DNA of 64,000 nt from Mobula hypostoma (taxonomy: Eukaryota), in contig NC_086097.1 of the NCBI RefSeq assembly GCF_963921235.1, positions 74,588,001-74,652,000 on the forward strand, written 5' to 3'. Shown here in pieces: positions 1-13,896 of the stretch. The notes beneath the pieces were generated by a model. It was not told the origin of the DNA, ran no database searches, and saw only the letters and a program-made list of their open reading frames with translations. Positions within the stretch are counted from its first letter, which is position 1; each line of letters begins with the position of its first letter. The translations under genes and the position numbers were made by a program.

Positions 1-37
1 ATGCTGATAGTTATTCGAGAGAATATGCTCCCTTTCT

Positions 38-1986
38 TGTCAGGCCACCCGATCTCCACCTAGCTAACAGGAGTCACAAGCCATTCGTTTCCAATTCATC
101 ATGTGCAGCCTATTTAAATCCAAATCTCAATCACAATCCTTTGTTCATCCATTGAACCAGCTAGCCTAAACCAGTTGCTCCTAGCCTTCAGTTATCATGT
201 TGGCTTGTTGTGTCAAGTAGCTGTTCTCTCTTGTTTTGTGGCCCCCTCGTGGCTTATTGTTTTGCATTATATTAGTAAACATTGCTTATTGCAACACTGT
301 CTCCACTACTTTGCTTTTGGGTCAAGTTTCCTCTACATTTCCTGGCAGGATAGCTGAACCCACAATTGATCCGACAGAGTACATTCACCTAAAGGAAGTC
401 ATCCGTCATCCGGAGCACACGATCCCGAGGCAGCAGGAAACGAATAACCATCTGCTCAGCACTCAACCAACTCTCTGCACCAGTCAACCTTCTCCATCTC
501 AGCCTTGGATTCCGGTGCCTGAATGCTTTGGTGGATCCCTAACACGACACCACAACCCTCTGTCCCTGCACTTCTTACACTTCAAGTTCCAGCCATCTCT
601 GTATTCTATGAACGGAGCCATGACTGTCATTGACATCTCTCCTGACTGGGCGAGCTCTGACCTGAGCAGCCATGAACTGGGGGAATAAAACCATCGTTTC
701 AAGAAAATATGAGGAATACCCCACTGAGATACGTCAGGTCTTTGCCCATCAGGAAGCGGAACAAATGTGATCACCCACCTCATCTTCTCCAAGGACCTCC
801 TAAGACCATGTCTATCTCATCCGTTCAGTCCTTCAGCTTCTCCTCGAAAACTAACTTTACTGCAAGTTAGAGAAATGCCAGTTCCACATCCCATTCATTA
901 CCCTCCCGGGCTACATCCTTTCACCCCAAGGCATAACCTGAGATCCAGAGAAAGTGTGCACTGTTGTTGAATGGCCCAACTGCACTCCCTCAATAGCTAC
1001 AGTGCTTCTTGGGCTTCTTCAGCTTCTTCTGTCAGTTCATCAGGAACTATAGCTAAATTACCACTCCTCTCACCTCCCTCACCAAATCACCTACTTCATG
1101 GATAACCTGGTCTGCTATCATGCAGCAAACTTTTGAGAAGTCCTGGTTCACTGATGCTGGAATGCTTGGAATAGGGTACAGAGGGCCATTCTAGCTGATA
1201 ACCATGCCTACTGCTGCCAGGCTAACCTCAGTTGGCATCCAGCAGAAGACTCCAGCCTGGGGACCGTATCTGGCTGTCCACCTAAGATCTGCCCCTGCGC
1301 GTCAACTCCCACAAGCTCTTGCCCTGGTTCATCCGTTCCTTTAAAATTACCCATCACATCATCCCAGTCACTTACGGTCTCCAGCTGCCACCATCCCTCA
1401 GGATGGCACCTACCTTCCAGATGTCCTGCCTCAAACCTGTTGTCCTTGGACCACTCAACCCGCCTGAGCCTGCACCTCCAGAACCAAAGATGTGGAAGGT
1501 ATGGCTCACTGGTTGATGGATTCATGTGATCGTGCATAGGGTGTGCAGTATCTGGTTGACTGGGATGTGTACTGACATACTGTCCAGTTTCATCTTGGAT
1601 CAATCGTTCATCAAGGAGTTTTACTAGGCTCATTTGGATCATCCTATCACCCAGGGCCATCGGGTGCTGGCCGTTGTGTGGGGTGGGGGGGGGTTGGTCA
1701 TGCCAGGTAGGTACCACCCAGTCTCCACCAAGCTAATGGGACTCACTCATTTCCAACCTATCACCTGCACTCTATTTAAACCCAGCTCTCATTCACGATC
1801 CTTTGTTCACCAACCTCAACCAGTTACTCCTAGCCTTCAGTTACCTTGTCATATTAAGTAATTGTTCTCTTTTTGTTTTGTGGCCTCTTGTGGCTTGTTA
1901 TTTTGCAATTTATTAGTAAAATATCATTTACTGCAAAATCTTCTTCGCTGCTTAGCTTTTGGGTCAATCTTCTACATTTTGTGACA
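38..1986 (+). mobile_element. Heavily deleted chromoviral Ty3/Gypsy LTR retrotransposon (Sushi/Amn-like)
   Basis: Two diverged direct repeats (~38-347 and ~1696-1986) share ctatttaaa..., ctcctagccttcagtta, ttgttttgtggcc and gcttttgggtcaa; the unit starts TGTCA and ends TGACA. A G-rich polypurine tract lies at ~1678-1693. Internal remnants: gag-like IPVPECFGGS, pol-like GFFSFFCQFIRNYS (~1010-1052), integrase C-terminal KLLPWFIRSFKITHHIIPVTYGLQLPPSLRMAPTFQMSCLKP, and chromodomain-like GVQYLVDW (~1540-1563). Confidence 0.85.
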
Positions 1987-4900
1987 ATCCTGGCCACTGA
2001 GGTTGGTGATTTTATTTTTCACTTTGGTTGCTCCTTTGGTGCCTAATTCACAATTAGGTTTTCTGAGGCTTAAAGAAATTCTTTCTCCCGAAAGTTTTGG
2101 TATGAAATCACATTGTGGGAGGCTCAAAATGATGTTACTTACGTGAATGTGATTTGGATAACATGAATAATAAAGTATATTTAAGGTTCAAGTCAATCTT
2201 GCTGTTGAACTTTGTGATATTATCTTCTTAAACCATACTTTGGTGACAGATCTGGAACTTTCAACAACAGTATTTAATTATATGCATCAAGAATACTGTG
2301 CATACTAACTGTGAATTTAAAAATGTGAACTCTGCATTCTGTTCTTTAGGTTCCGAAAGGATACTTGTGATAAATCATTAGACTTTGTGCAAAGCTTTCT
2401 TTAAGAAGTGCAGCGTCTCCACTAAACTTTGGGAATTTCTGGTCCATGACTGCTCAAGATACAGAAGGAGCATTTGGGGTAAAACTGAAAACCTTGAAAA
2501 TACTCATCAGAAGCACAAAGATACCTTGCAAAAGTAGTAAAGGAGCACAACACCCACCTGTCCTGACAGCTGCCATCTGCCTCACCTGTAAAAGAATACG
2601 TGGTTCCCTTGTTGGCTTCATTAGTCATTTCAAAACCTGTTAAGCAAGTAAAACCTGGAGTAAATAGAGTTATAAACTTCTCTACTTGAGATACTTACAT
2701 ACCATCATAAAATGTGCCTCTATATTATTCATCCAATTTTTATTTTAGACTATACTCGGCATAATATTTTTCTGCATACTCAATGCTCTTTGGAAATGTT
2801 AAAATACTACATGACGATAAGGGTGAGCATCTGCAAAAGTAACTTTTATAATGTTAGGTACTATACATAAAAGTACAGAGTTATAAAAATCGTTTGATGG
2901 TGCTTTTAATAACACAACAAATCGTGGTATAATAGTATGCCTTATCTATGGTAATTATCATGGTTTGATTGTCCAAAAAGTAATAACTGTGGTGGTATTA
3001 AGTTAACTAAAAATGCAGCCAAACATGGTAGTACGTGAACTGTATGTGATTTTTGTTTCAAAAAGCAGGGGTGTAGGGGAATACTTGGGGGGGCGGGGGG
3101 GAGCTAATGATCTAAAGTGTCTTTGAAGGCCTCTGATTGTCAAAAAGAGAACACTAATTGCTACATTTGTCTCCTTTAAAATGAAAGCCCATACACAGTT
3201 CTGGTCTAAATGGCACGCCAGCTTCCTTCCAACTTATCGAATTGTAAATTGCCCATTGGAGTGCCCTGGCAACTCACTCAATTACATCTAACTATAAAGA
3301 AGTTTTGTGATTTAAGAAGACCCTTCACAATCTGGAGACTGGAATTAGCTGTCTGAATTCTTCAAACACCCTGAACAATGGAGCATATATATTGGATCAT
3401 ATTTTCTACATTTTTTCTGTGATACTGGGTTTTCTTTCAACTTGAATTTATTTTGAACCTTTTTTGATATTAATCATCTTCTTTCAAATTTAATTCAAGA
3501 CAATTGTCTCTGGAATTAAGAAATGTATGGCCATTATTTTGTTTTATTTTTGCCAATTAGCTATTTCATTGTCTTCTGTCTCAGCTAAAAATTAACCAGA
3601 CTAAGTAGGGCACATTACCATTTTCACAGTGCATGTTTTATTTGGTCTGGGTAGGTTGTCAAAATTTAAAACTGACATGGAAGTACACTGACAGAGAAGT
3701 ACACTGGGCTACATCATACAAATAAAATGAAAATTAGAAAGGAGTGCAGTATCTAATCTCTGATGCCCTTCTTCTTTTGTGTCAACTTCCAACTTAATTT
3801 CAAACTTGATTAAATAGGCTCAAATCCAGATGCCATATCTGTCTTGCAGTTCTTTCTGTTTGGTGTAAAAGTAACTCTTTCCTTGTAAAGAAAATAAGTA
3901 ATATCAAAATACAGAGGAGGGTTTCTCACATGTAATACATCTACAATATATCTGAATATTGTTTTGTGATTTGTTTAATGTTTTATTTCTGTGCTTGATG
4001 GACATCATGATTCTTGGTTCATCTGTTTCAACCAAGAGGGAAGATAAAAAGTTCTGGTATGACATTGTATAGAAGAGAGTATTGTGTAATCTTCTGCATT
4101 TTATTTGGATTACACAACACCATGCACAAATTTACATTAGATAAGCCTATCTGAAAATCTCAACATACCACAAACACATTTTAAATGTATTATTTAGCTG
4201 TACTGCTATCACTTTTCAAGTGACTTACACTGCCAGATTTCCAAAGTTCAATAATGTGAAGCATTTAAGTCGCCCTGAAATTCTTCAAGGGTAGGGCAAC
4301 AGTGACCCAGGGTACTCTTGGACGTATTTTAAAATAGATCGTATTTTAAAATTTCCAGCATGTCTCAAAGCCTTTTGTTGCTAATGAATTACTTTACAAA
4401 GCCTACTCAATGCTGCACTGCTGGCATTGGCAGCCAATTTTCATATTGTAAAGCCCCAGAAGCAGCAAGTTAGAAGAATAACCAGTCAATTTGCTTATGG
4501 TGTTCTTTGTGCAGAAAGAAATACAAGTCAAAACATCAAGGGAACTAGATGCTTTTTCTTAAGTTCCTTGAATAGTGCCACAGGATCTTTTATTTTCATC
4601 TCTGCAAGTAAATAGGGCTCTTCTTTGACATCTGATCATAAAGAAAGTATTTCCAACTATTGAAAAATCCCACGGTGCAGCATTTTTGTCTTGACCATAT
4701 TACTTGCTTATGTCCTGATTCTAATGGCCAATTTATACTCTCTATCTTATAGATTGCCTTAGATTAACATCATGAGATTCAATTTCATAGTGGATGGAGA
4801 CATTTCAAGCTAACTTGCACTTCTTAAGACAATTGGAACCTAGGAAAGGAGTGCTTCACTGTGGCTGAAGAATTTGGTGCAAATCAGTCTAGAAGAAACT

Positions 4901-5599
4901 GCTGTCTGCTCAAAGTAATATCATAACATGCTTTAAATATCCACCTCCCACACCAAAACACCATGATTTGCCTTCGACAATTTCTATTAATCCTATTTGG
5001 ACCAATATTTCCATTTCCCTTGCTTCAAATGGTGACATGCATCCAAACCTCATAACCTTATGCATATTATTATTAATTCAAACATGAGAGACGTATCATC
5101 CAAGTGCATTCAATGAACTCAAATCACATTTCCCCCACTGGCATTCATTCAGTGCCAGCAGCAACTGACTGCTGGAGGTTCTATCTAATCTTGATATTGG
5201 AAAGAATACAAGCTACAATAAGCAATCTCATTTGAGTAACCAGAATTACTGCTGAAATGATAGAATAGGAGGGTAAGGTCATGCTGGAGCTTCCTTTGCA
5301 CATTCTTCTTCTCCATTCTCTTAAAATCAACTCTGATTTACAAGTGAATAATGGCATTTGCTTCTTATTTCAAGATACATCCATCCTTGCCACAATCTTC
5401 ATATTTTTGCTCTTCTTTTTTCAGGTACTCAGAACTGTCAAGTTGATCAACTAATTGTTGAACAAAAAGCAAATGAAGATGAAGGATGCTGTCACTTAGT
5501 CTGACACTACCACCAGGCCACATACATACAGTATATTTTGATATAAAAACTAAAGGAAATACAAACAACCTCCCAAAAATGTTAGGAAATTAAGGATCT

Positions 5600-6110
5600 T
5601 GTGAAAGGAAGAAATGAAGGCATTAGTATTAACAGCAAAATATTTGGGACCATGAAGGCCGATAAATCCCTAGAGCCCAATAATATGCTTCATGAAGTAA
5701 TTAAGGAGGAAAGTCAAAGTATGGAGGCATTGATAATCATCTTCCTACACTGTTTAGTCTCTGCATCAATTCCTGTGGATTAGAGGTTGGTTAATGTAAT
5801 TATGGTATTTTAAAAGGGGAGCAAAAATGCAGAATTATAGACAGATTCACGGAAAAATTCTGGAGTCCAGTTTAAAGATGTAAAAGTAGAGCATTGAAAA
5901 GTATGTGACAGATCGATGAAAAAGAGGTCATGCTTGACAAATTTAACATTTGTTTTTGAAGATGTATGTAAATGTTGGAGAACTAGAGGATGGGAGATAT
6001 TTGGACTATTAGAAAGATTTTAGCAAGGCATAAGAGGTTAGTCTGCAAAATTTCAAGACATGGGAGAGGAGATAATGTACTGACATGGATAAGGAACTGG
6101 AATAATTGAG
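5600..6110 (+). mobile_element. Degenerate CR1 LINE ORF2 fragment
   Basis: Decayed CR1 RT-region motifs (gataaatccctagagcc; attcctgtggattagaggttggttaatgta; aggtcatgcttgacaaat). Confidence 0.65.
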
Positions 6111-6111
6111 T

Positions 6112-6235
6112 CACAAGAGACTGTAGATGCTGAAATCTGGAATGAAAGACAACCTGCTAGATGAACTCAACAGGTCAAACAGCATCTGTGAGAAGAAAGG
6201 AATTGCTGACATTTGGGTTGAAACACTTTTTCAGC
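6112..6235 (-). repeat. Degenerate Penelope-like pseudo-LTR fragment
   Basis: ctgtagatgctgaaatctgg...tgctagatgaactcaacaggtcaaacagcatctgtg is the reverse complement of the PLE terminal repeat found elsewhere in the window. Confidence 0.6.
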
Positions 6236-6319
6236 ATTCTTCATTATGAATCCATCTTTATTCCATCATGAATAATTGACTAGCAGGCAGTGACTAATTA
6301 GGATTCAGTTAGAGTCATT

Positions 6320-9300
6320 GAATCATATGTAAGATGACGACTTGGTCCAGCATATCCACCATTCTCTGAGTAAAAAACATACCTCTCACATCCCCTTTGA
6401 GCCTACTCCCTCTCATCTTCAATGCATGCCCTCTGGTATTAGACATCTCTACCCTGAGGAAAGGATTCTTTATGTCTACTCTTAACTATGCCTCTCATAA
6501 TCTTATCAACATCTATCAGATCTCCCCTCAGTCTCCACCGCTCCAAAGAAAACAGCCCAAATTTGTCCAGCTTCTCATGATAGCACATGCCCTCTGAAGT
6601 GGGCAGTATCCTGGTAAACTTCTTCTGCATCCTCTCCAAAGCCTCATTAATCTTCCTATAGTGGGGCGACCAGAACCGTATGCAATATTCCGGATGTGGC
6701 CTACCTAGAGTTTTATAAATTTGCAACATAACCTCTTGACTTTTCAACTCAATATCTCAGTTAATAAAAACAAGTATTCCATAATCCTTAACCACCCTTT
6801 CAACCTGTGCAGCCACTTTCGTGGAGCTATGAACTTGGACCCCAAGATTTCTCTGTTCAGCAACACTGTTAAGGATCTTGCCCTTAAAAGTCTTCTGTCT
6901 CCTTGCATTTGCACTATCAAGATGTAACACGTCACATTTATCTGGGTTAAAATCCATCTGCCATTTCCCTGCCCATATCTGCAACTGATCTATGTGTTCT
7001 TTACCTATATTATCCACAACTCCATCAATCTTGATATCATCTGCAAACTTTCTAACCCACCCATCTACATTTTCATCCAGGTCATTTATATGCATCACAA
7101 ACAGCAGAAGTCCCAACACAGATGCCTGCGGAACACCACTAATTATAGACTTACAGCTCAAATAAGTCCTTTGGAGCACTATCCTCTGTCTTCTCTGTGC
7201 AAGCCAGTTTTGAATCGAAACCTCCTATTTGCCACGGACCTCATGCATCTTAATCTTCTGGATTAGCCTCTATTGAGGGATTTTGTCAAAAGCATTACTA
7301 AAATCCATGTAGACAACATTCACTGCCCTACTTTCATCAATCTCTCTCATCACCTTGTCAACAAACTCTTTCTTTTTCAATCTTTTTATTAGGTTTCAAA
7401 ATTAAACATAACAATAATAACAATGATACACAGAGATCGGGATTACAATAATGACAGTTAACATGTACAAGCACAAATTCCAAGTAGCAAATATAGTTGA
7501 GCCTCCCAATCTTATAGTAATTGACTGTAAAAAAGATATTAATAAAGAGAGAAAAATAAAACCCCCTAAACTAAAAAGAAACTAAACGAAAAAAAAACAA
7601 ACAAAGTTTGGGCTGTCATATTACCTCAGCTAAAATTATTTGTCATTAACTCCGCTCCTCTATACATGGAAAAAAAATTATCACAGAGGATTCAGAAAGG
7701 GTCAACTTACATCATATGAAAATATTGAATAAATAGCCTCCAATTTTCTTCAGATTTAACCGAAGGATCCATAGTACCACTCCTAATTTTTTCCAAGTTT
7801 AGGGATGCTATCGTTTGGGAAAACCATTGAAATGTAGTAGGGAAATTAGAATCTTTCCATTTAAATAAAATGGATCTTCTGGCTGTTAATGTAACAAATG
7901 CAATTAGATGACAAGCTGACTTGAATAAATGACTAGAGTCTATCACTGGTAGTCCAAAAATTGCAGTAATAGGATGAGGTTGTAAATCAATAAGCAGAAC
8001 TACTGAAATAATATCAAAAATATCTTTCCAATATTTTTCTAAAAGAGGACAAGACCAGAACATATGAGTCAAGGAAGTAACCTCAGAATTACATCTATCA
8101 CAAACAGGATTTATATGGCAATAGAAACGAGCTGACTTATCCTTGGATATAAGAGCCCTGTGAGCCACCTTAAACTGTATCAAGGCGTGTCTAGCACACA
8201 TTGAAGAAGTATTGACCAATTGAAGAAGTTTTTCCCATTTCTCTGTAAGATAAAGATGTTTGAAGTTCTCTTTCCCACTCATACTTAATTTTTCGTAATC
8301 AGATCATAAATAATTGCTATTAAACTCTTCTGAAAGGGGTTTAAACCTAAATTTTTTTCTGTAACTTCCATTTGATGTGATATCTGAAAGGTAGATAAAG
8401 TAGTGTTCAAAAAGTTTCTAATCTGTAAATATCTGAAAAAGTGTGATCTAGGCAAATTATACTTATTAGACAACTATTCAAAAGACATAAACAGTCATCC
8501 ATGAATAAATCACGAAAACATGTTATTCCCTTTGTTTTCCATAGAAAAAAAGCTTGGTCAATTCTAGATGGTTGAAAGAAAAAATTAGATATAATAGAAC
8601 TTGACAGGATAAATTTGTTCAATCCAAAAAATTTATGAAATTGAAACCATATTTGTATTGTATGTTTAATCATTGGATTTATTATTTGTTTATTTAATTT
8701 AGTAAGTGCAAAGGGAAGTGCAGCTCCTAGAATAGAAGTCAGCGAAAAACCTTGTACAGACTCCCGCTCGAGGTTCATCCATCGTGGACTTTGAGTTTCA
8801 TCCAACTCTTGTGTCCAAAATGTTAAATATCGAATGTTAATTTCCCAGTAGTAAAAGCTAAGATTCGGCAAAGCCAAACCACCTTCTTTTTTTGATTTCT
8901 GTAAATATTTCTTACTTAACCTGGGATTTCTATTCTGCCATATTTATGAAGAAATTTTAGAATCAATAATATCAAAAAAAAAGATTTAGGGATAAAAATT
9001 GATACCTCCTGAAACAGATACAAAAATTTAGGTAAAATAATCATCTTAATAGTATTAATTCGACCAATCAAAGATAAAGACAAAGGGGACCATTTAGTAA
9101 ACAGTTGTATAACATGATCGATTAAGGTTAAAAAATTAATTTTAAATAGATCCTTCTGCTTCTTAGTAAGTTTAACACCCAAATAAGTAAAATAATCAGT
9201 AACTAATCTAAATGGTGATTGTCTATAAATTGGAACTTGCATATTTAATGGGAAAAGCACACTCTTATTAAGATTCAATTTATAACCAGAAAAACTACTA

Positions 9301-11760
9301 AACTGAGCAAATAATGTTATTACTGCAGGGATGGATTTCTTTGGGTTAGAGATATATAGTAACAGAATATCTGCATATAGTGATACTTTATGCGTCCCAT
9401 TCCCACGAATAATGCCAAATATATTACCTTGTCAACAAACTCAATCAAGTCGGCAAGACACGACCTGTCCTGCACAAAGTCATGGTGGCTCTCCCTAACT
9501 AAGCCATGCTCATACATCCTATCCCTAAGAATTTTCTCCAGCAATTTCCCTACAACTGATGTGAGACTCACCAGTCTGAAGTACCCAGGACTTTCCCTTG
9601 TTCCATTCTTAAATAGAGGTACAACATTAGCCATCTGCCAGTCCTCCGGAACCTCACCTGTACACCGAGAGTGGTCAAGGCTCCAGCAATTTTGTCTCTT
9701 GCCTCCTTCCATAACCTGGGATAAATCCCACCAGGCCCTGTGGACATACCCACCTTAATACTCATTAGGAGACCCAACACTTCCTCCTCCATGACTTCTA
9801 AACACCAGAACAAAATTATATACTCAGCACTAATATTCTGGTCCTCCATGTCCTTTTTCTTAGTGAATACTGAAGCAAAGTACTCATTAAGTACCTCACT
9901 CACATTCTTCTCATGCAAGAGAATGTTTCCCTCTATATTCTTGAGTGGTTCTACCCTCTCCCTAGTTATCCTCTTGCTCTTGATAGAATGTCTTGGGATT
10001 CAGCTTAATCCTACTTGCTAAGGACTTTCCGTGGCCCCTCCTGACTTTCCTACTTTCCTTCTTTAGTTCTTTTCTGGCTTCCTTATAATCCTTGTGTGCT
10101 CTGTTTGATCCTAACTTCCTAAACTGTACATACTTTTCATTTTTCTACTTGACTAAATTCATCACATCTCTGGACATCCAAGGTTCTCTTATCTTCCATC
10201 CCCATTCTTCTTTCTAAGAGGAATGTGCTTTTCCAGTACTCTGTACAATTGATATTTAACCACCCTCCACATGTTTGATGTGGACTTGCCAAAAAGAAGG
10301 TGTTCCCAATTAACTCTTCTTAGTTCCTGTCTTATGCCCTCGAAATTGCCCTACTCCAATTTAAAACTCTCTTGCAAGGACCATACCTATCCTTAGCTGT
10401 AACTATCCTGAAAGTTAAGGAGTTGTGGTCACTGGTCCCTAACTGCTCAGCAATTGAAAGATCAGTAGTTACCTGACCAGGCTTATTACCCAACACCAGG
10501 TCCGGTACAGCCCCTCCTCTCATTAGACCGTCTACCTATTAATTTAATAAACCCTCCTGGATACACTTAACAAATTCTGCCTCATCTAAATCCTTTGCAC
10601 TAAGAATATCCCAGTTTATATTAGAAAAATTGAAATCCCCCATGATAACAACCCTATTATTTTTACACATTTCCTAATCTCTTTACATACCTGTTCCTCA
10701 ATGTCCCAGTTGCTATTGGGGGAGGGGGTTGAAGTACAATCCCATCAGTGTGATTACACTCTTCCTGTTCCTGAGCTGGACCCAAATGGACTCAGTGTCT
10801 GACCCTACCGCTACGTCTCCCCTGAGTGCAGCTGTGATATTATCCCTGATTAGTCATGCAAATTCCACCTATTGTTTCTAAAATTTTGAAGATCTGGTAC
10901 ATTAATCACCCATTCTCTCTCAACCAATAAATATTCTGTAATGGCCACAACATCATAGTTCCATGCACTGATCTATGCTCTAAGTTCATCATCTTTACCC
11001 ATAATACTCCTAACATTAAAATACATACACTTCAATCTATCCAACCCAGCCTAACTGTTATTTCAATATTGCTTTTCAATACCTTCCCTGACATCTACCT
11101 TCCTGTCTGATCCTTCAATTACTGACCAGGTGGTCCGGTTCCAAAGCCCCCTAGAAAACCAGTTTAAACCCTCCCAAGTAGCAACAGCAAACCTCCTGGC
11201 CAAGATATTGGTTCCCCTTTATTTCAGGTGCAACCTGTCCCTCTTGTACAGGTCACACATTCCCCATACGTTCCAATGATCCAAGAACTTGAAGCCCTGA
11301 CCCCCTGCACCATCTCCTCGGCCATTCTATCTGTGCTATCATCCCATTCCTACCTGCACTAGCCCATTGTACCAAGAGTATTCCGGACATTACTACCTTG
11401 GAGGTCCTTCTCTTCATCCTCTTTCCTAACTCTATTTACTCATGGCATAGGACCTCTTCTCCTTTTCATTGCTGCCACTATGCACCACAACCTCAGGCTA
11501 TTCACCCTCCCCCTTGAGAATATCCTGCAGCCACCCCGATACATCCTGGAACCTAGCAGCTGGGAGGCAAGATGATCTCGGTATCTCTTTTGCAGCTGCA
11601 TAATTCCTGTCTGTCCCCTAACTATCAAGTCCCCTATCTCTGCTGCATGGCTGACTTTACCCTTCCCTGCAAGATAGGCCACAGTGCCACTAACCTGGCT
11701 GCTGCTGCTGTTCCCTGATGGGTCATCTCCCCCAGCAGTATCCAAAGAGATATACTTGAT
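6320..11760 (-). mobile_element. Near full-length degenerate CR1 LINE, split by an L1 insertion
   Basis: Minus-strand ORF remnants: YKTLGRPHPEYCIRFWSPHY, SGVPQASVLGLLLF...KFADDIKI, GEVPEDWQMANVVPLFK...RSCLADLIEFVDKV, endonuclease end GTSDHNSL, and ORF1 esterase-like GDLIVRG near 11630. Confidence 0.9.
7369..9425 (-). mobile_element. 5'-truncated L1-clade LINE (3' part of ORF2)
   Basis: Perfect 17-bp TSD accttgtcaacaaactc at 7352-7368 and 9426-9442. ORF remnants LSLIGRINTIKMIILPKFLYLFQ, MALPNL and zinc knuckle CDRCNSEVTSLTHMFWSC. AATAAA and an A-rich tail lie at the left end. Confidence 0.92.
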
Positions 11761-12832
11761 TCAGTTTGCTATGGATCTTATGAGCCGTAATCTTTTGTAT
11801 CATTCTCCCATATGGAGCTTTTTCAAAGTATTTACTGCAGTCTGTGAAATTCTGAATTCCCTTCACCTGCTACCAATTTCAATGCTTCTGCACTGTAGAA
11901 TTTTGAGACAAAGTCTGTTCATTTCTCTGGCCATCAGTCGTGTGGAGGTAGGATAGGGAAAAGAATAATCCAGGTGCCAGTCTGTCAGAGGGCAAAGGTC
12001 ATGAGTGAGCTCTGTCAAAGAGGCCTTGATGGAAGGTATACTAGAGGAGAAGGTTGATGAGAACGCAGTGAAATGTTTGTGAATCGTCAGGTTAACCAGA
12101 AGCATGCCAGGTGGGTACAAAGGAATTCAGCAACAAATTTGCACAAGGGTTTTCATTGAGACTGGAGTTCATCATGATCAACGGGTCAATTTCAATACTG
12201 ACCAGGGCAACCAAAATATAACATTTGATGACCAACAGCTAAATTTCCATTTTCAGGACAAACAGATGCCTTGGAGTGACTGTGCTGCAGCAAATGCTTA
12301 GACTTACAGCAATGCAAGCTCAGACTATTGACTGGTGCCTCTGGATACCAGTCATCAAAGGGGTATACAGTAGTCTGTCTTCCTAGATTAGTAAGATTGC
12401 AGAAGTTCTGTCATCTCTTAGAATGGTGGAGATGTGATTGCACCATTTCTGTTAAAGGTAACTGACTAATCACTCACTAAAGATGGCCATCATTTTTTCT
12501 TATTCACCAGAGAATAATCATTGTGCTTTATCTTGCCACTGTTGTAGCATTACGAATATTAGGAATATTAACAATTACACCAATCTATTGCATAGATCTC
12601 CATCTTTATGGCATCAAAAGCATTGTACTATCTTAACAGTTTCATGTCCTTTTAGAAGATATTAAAATTTCTTTTAATTTAGTTGCTACGTAGGCCATTT
12701 TCTGCCATAATATTTAGTAATTATGAATAGATAATGGTCACTGGAAGAATGCTCAAAAGACAAATGATCATCATTACTGCAAATCAACAGGGACCATACT
12801 ACTTAAACTCAGGCAGTATATTGGTGTATTGT

Positions 12833-13040
12833 AAACACAAAATAATCTGCAGATGCTAGGGTCGAAGCAACACTCACAGCACGCTGGAGAATCTCAGCAG
12901 GTCGGGCAGCATCCTTGGAAAAGATTGATCGACGTTTCAGGCCAGAATCCTGACGAAGGGTTCCGGCCCGAAACGTCGACCAATCTTTTCCACGGATGCT
13001 ACCTGACCTGCTGAATTCCTCCAGTGTGTTGTGAGCGTTG
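12833..13040. mobile_element. Palindromic Penelope-like pseudo-LTR insertion with hammerhead motif
   Basis: TSD atattggtgtattgt (12818-12832) / atactggtgtattgt (13041-13055). Inverted arms of ~80 bp at 12868-12947 and 12961-13040. Confidence 0.85.
12946..12982 (+). ncRNA. Minimal type I hammerhead ribozyme motif (core intact, stem I shortened)
   Basis: CTGACGA (12950-12956), A, GGG-ttccgg-CCC, GAAA (12970-12973), CGTC, then gac. All core nucleotides are present and stem III is the self-complementary ACGT. Confidence 0.7.
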
Positions 13041-13792
13041 ATACTGGTGTATTGTTGTACATGGTACTTGACATTACTTTCTCTTGATTTTGCTGGAAAT
13101 TTGACAAGCGGTAAAATGAATTGCCAGCTCAGACCTGCAGGTTAACAACAAGCAAGCTGTCTTAAAGTTGCCTTCTAACAATTAATATGGGGAATTTTAA
13201 CTACCATACCTTGCTCTTGTTATATTGTTTAAAGTGATATTTCAGGCTGATGCTGTTATTTGGTGTGATAGGATATACGTGTGTAACTACTCAATAGCTC
13301 GAGCACCATCTGTAGAGAGAGAAACAATGTTTCAGTACAGTTAATTTTTCACAAAACTGGGGGGAATCAAGCAGTGTAATTTATCAAGGGCTGCCATGGA
13401 AGGACAGGGAGAACCAAAGATCAAGTTCCATAATTGGCTAAAAGTCAGAAAAGTCTAAATGATACAGGAAAATATAGTAAAGTGGAAATGAGTATTGAAA
13501 TGGGACAAGAAGATGGGTTCAGAATTAGAAATAGAAATGGCATAAATTATACCTATCTAAATGTATGAATATCGGAAATTATCTTAGGTTATTGTATGAA
13601 CATTCAGTTGAGATTATTATGTGTCTAATTAAGTTAAGATGTGCTAAGTTACTAACTTGAGCTATTCGGCTCCACTGGGAAAATAAAAGGCTCAGAATGA
13701 GAAATTGGCTTGTAGGCGCTGTTAGGGCATATTCTGGGGTTAGGGTATATACCAAATATTAACTTCACCAGCAGTCAATTTTCGGACATGAA

Positions 13793-13896
13793 CCTTGCTG
13801 AATCCTGCTGAAGGGTCTTGGCCCAAAACATCGACTACTGCTTTCCATAGATGCTGCCTGGCCTGCTGAGTTCCTCCAGCATTTTGTATGTTTTGC
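13793..13896 (+). mobile_element. Penelope-like pseudo-LTR fragment inserted in the ERV 5' LTR (hammerhead core mutated)
   Basis: Absent from the 3' LTR. TSD ttcggacatgaa (13781-13792) / ttcgggtatgaa (13897-13908). Core reads ctgctgaagggtcttggcccaaaacatcgac. Confidence 0.85.

Noticed and set aside
236..688. Domesticated RTL/PEG10-like gag gene
   Set aside because: The ORF begins in the LTR, is truncated and sits within a decayed two-LTR element.
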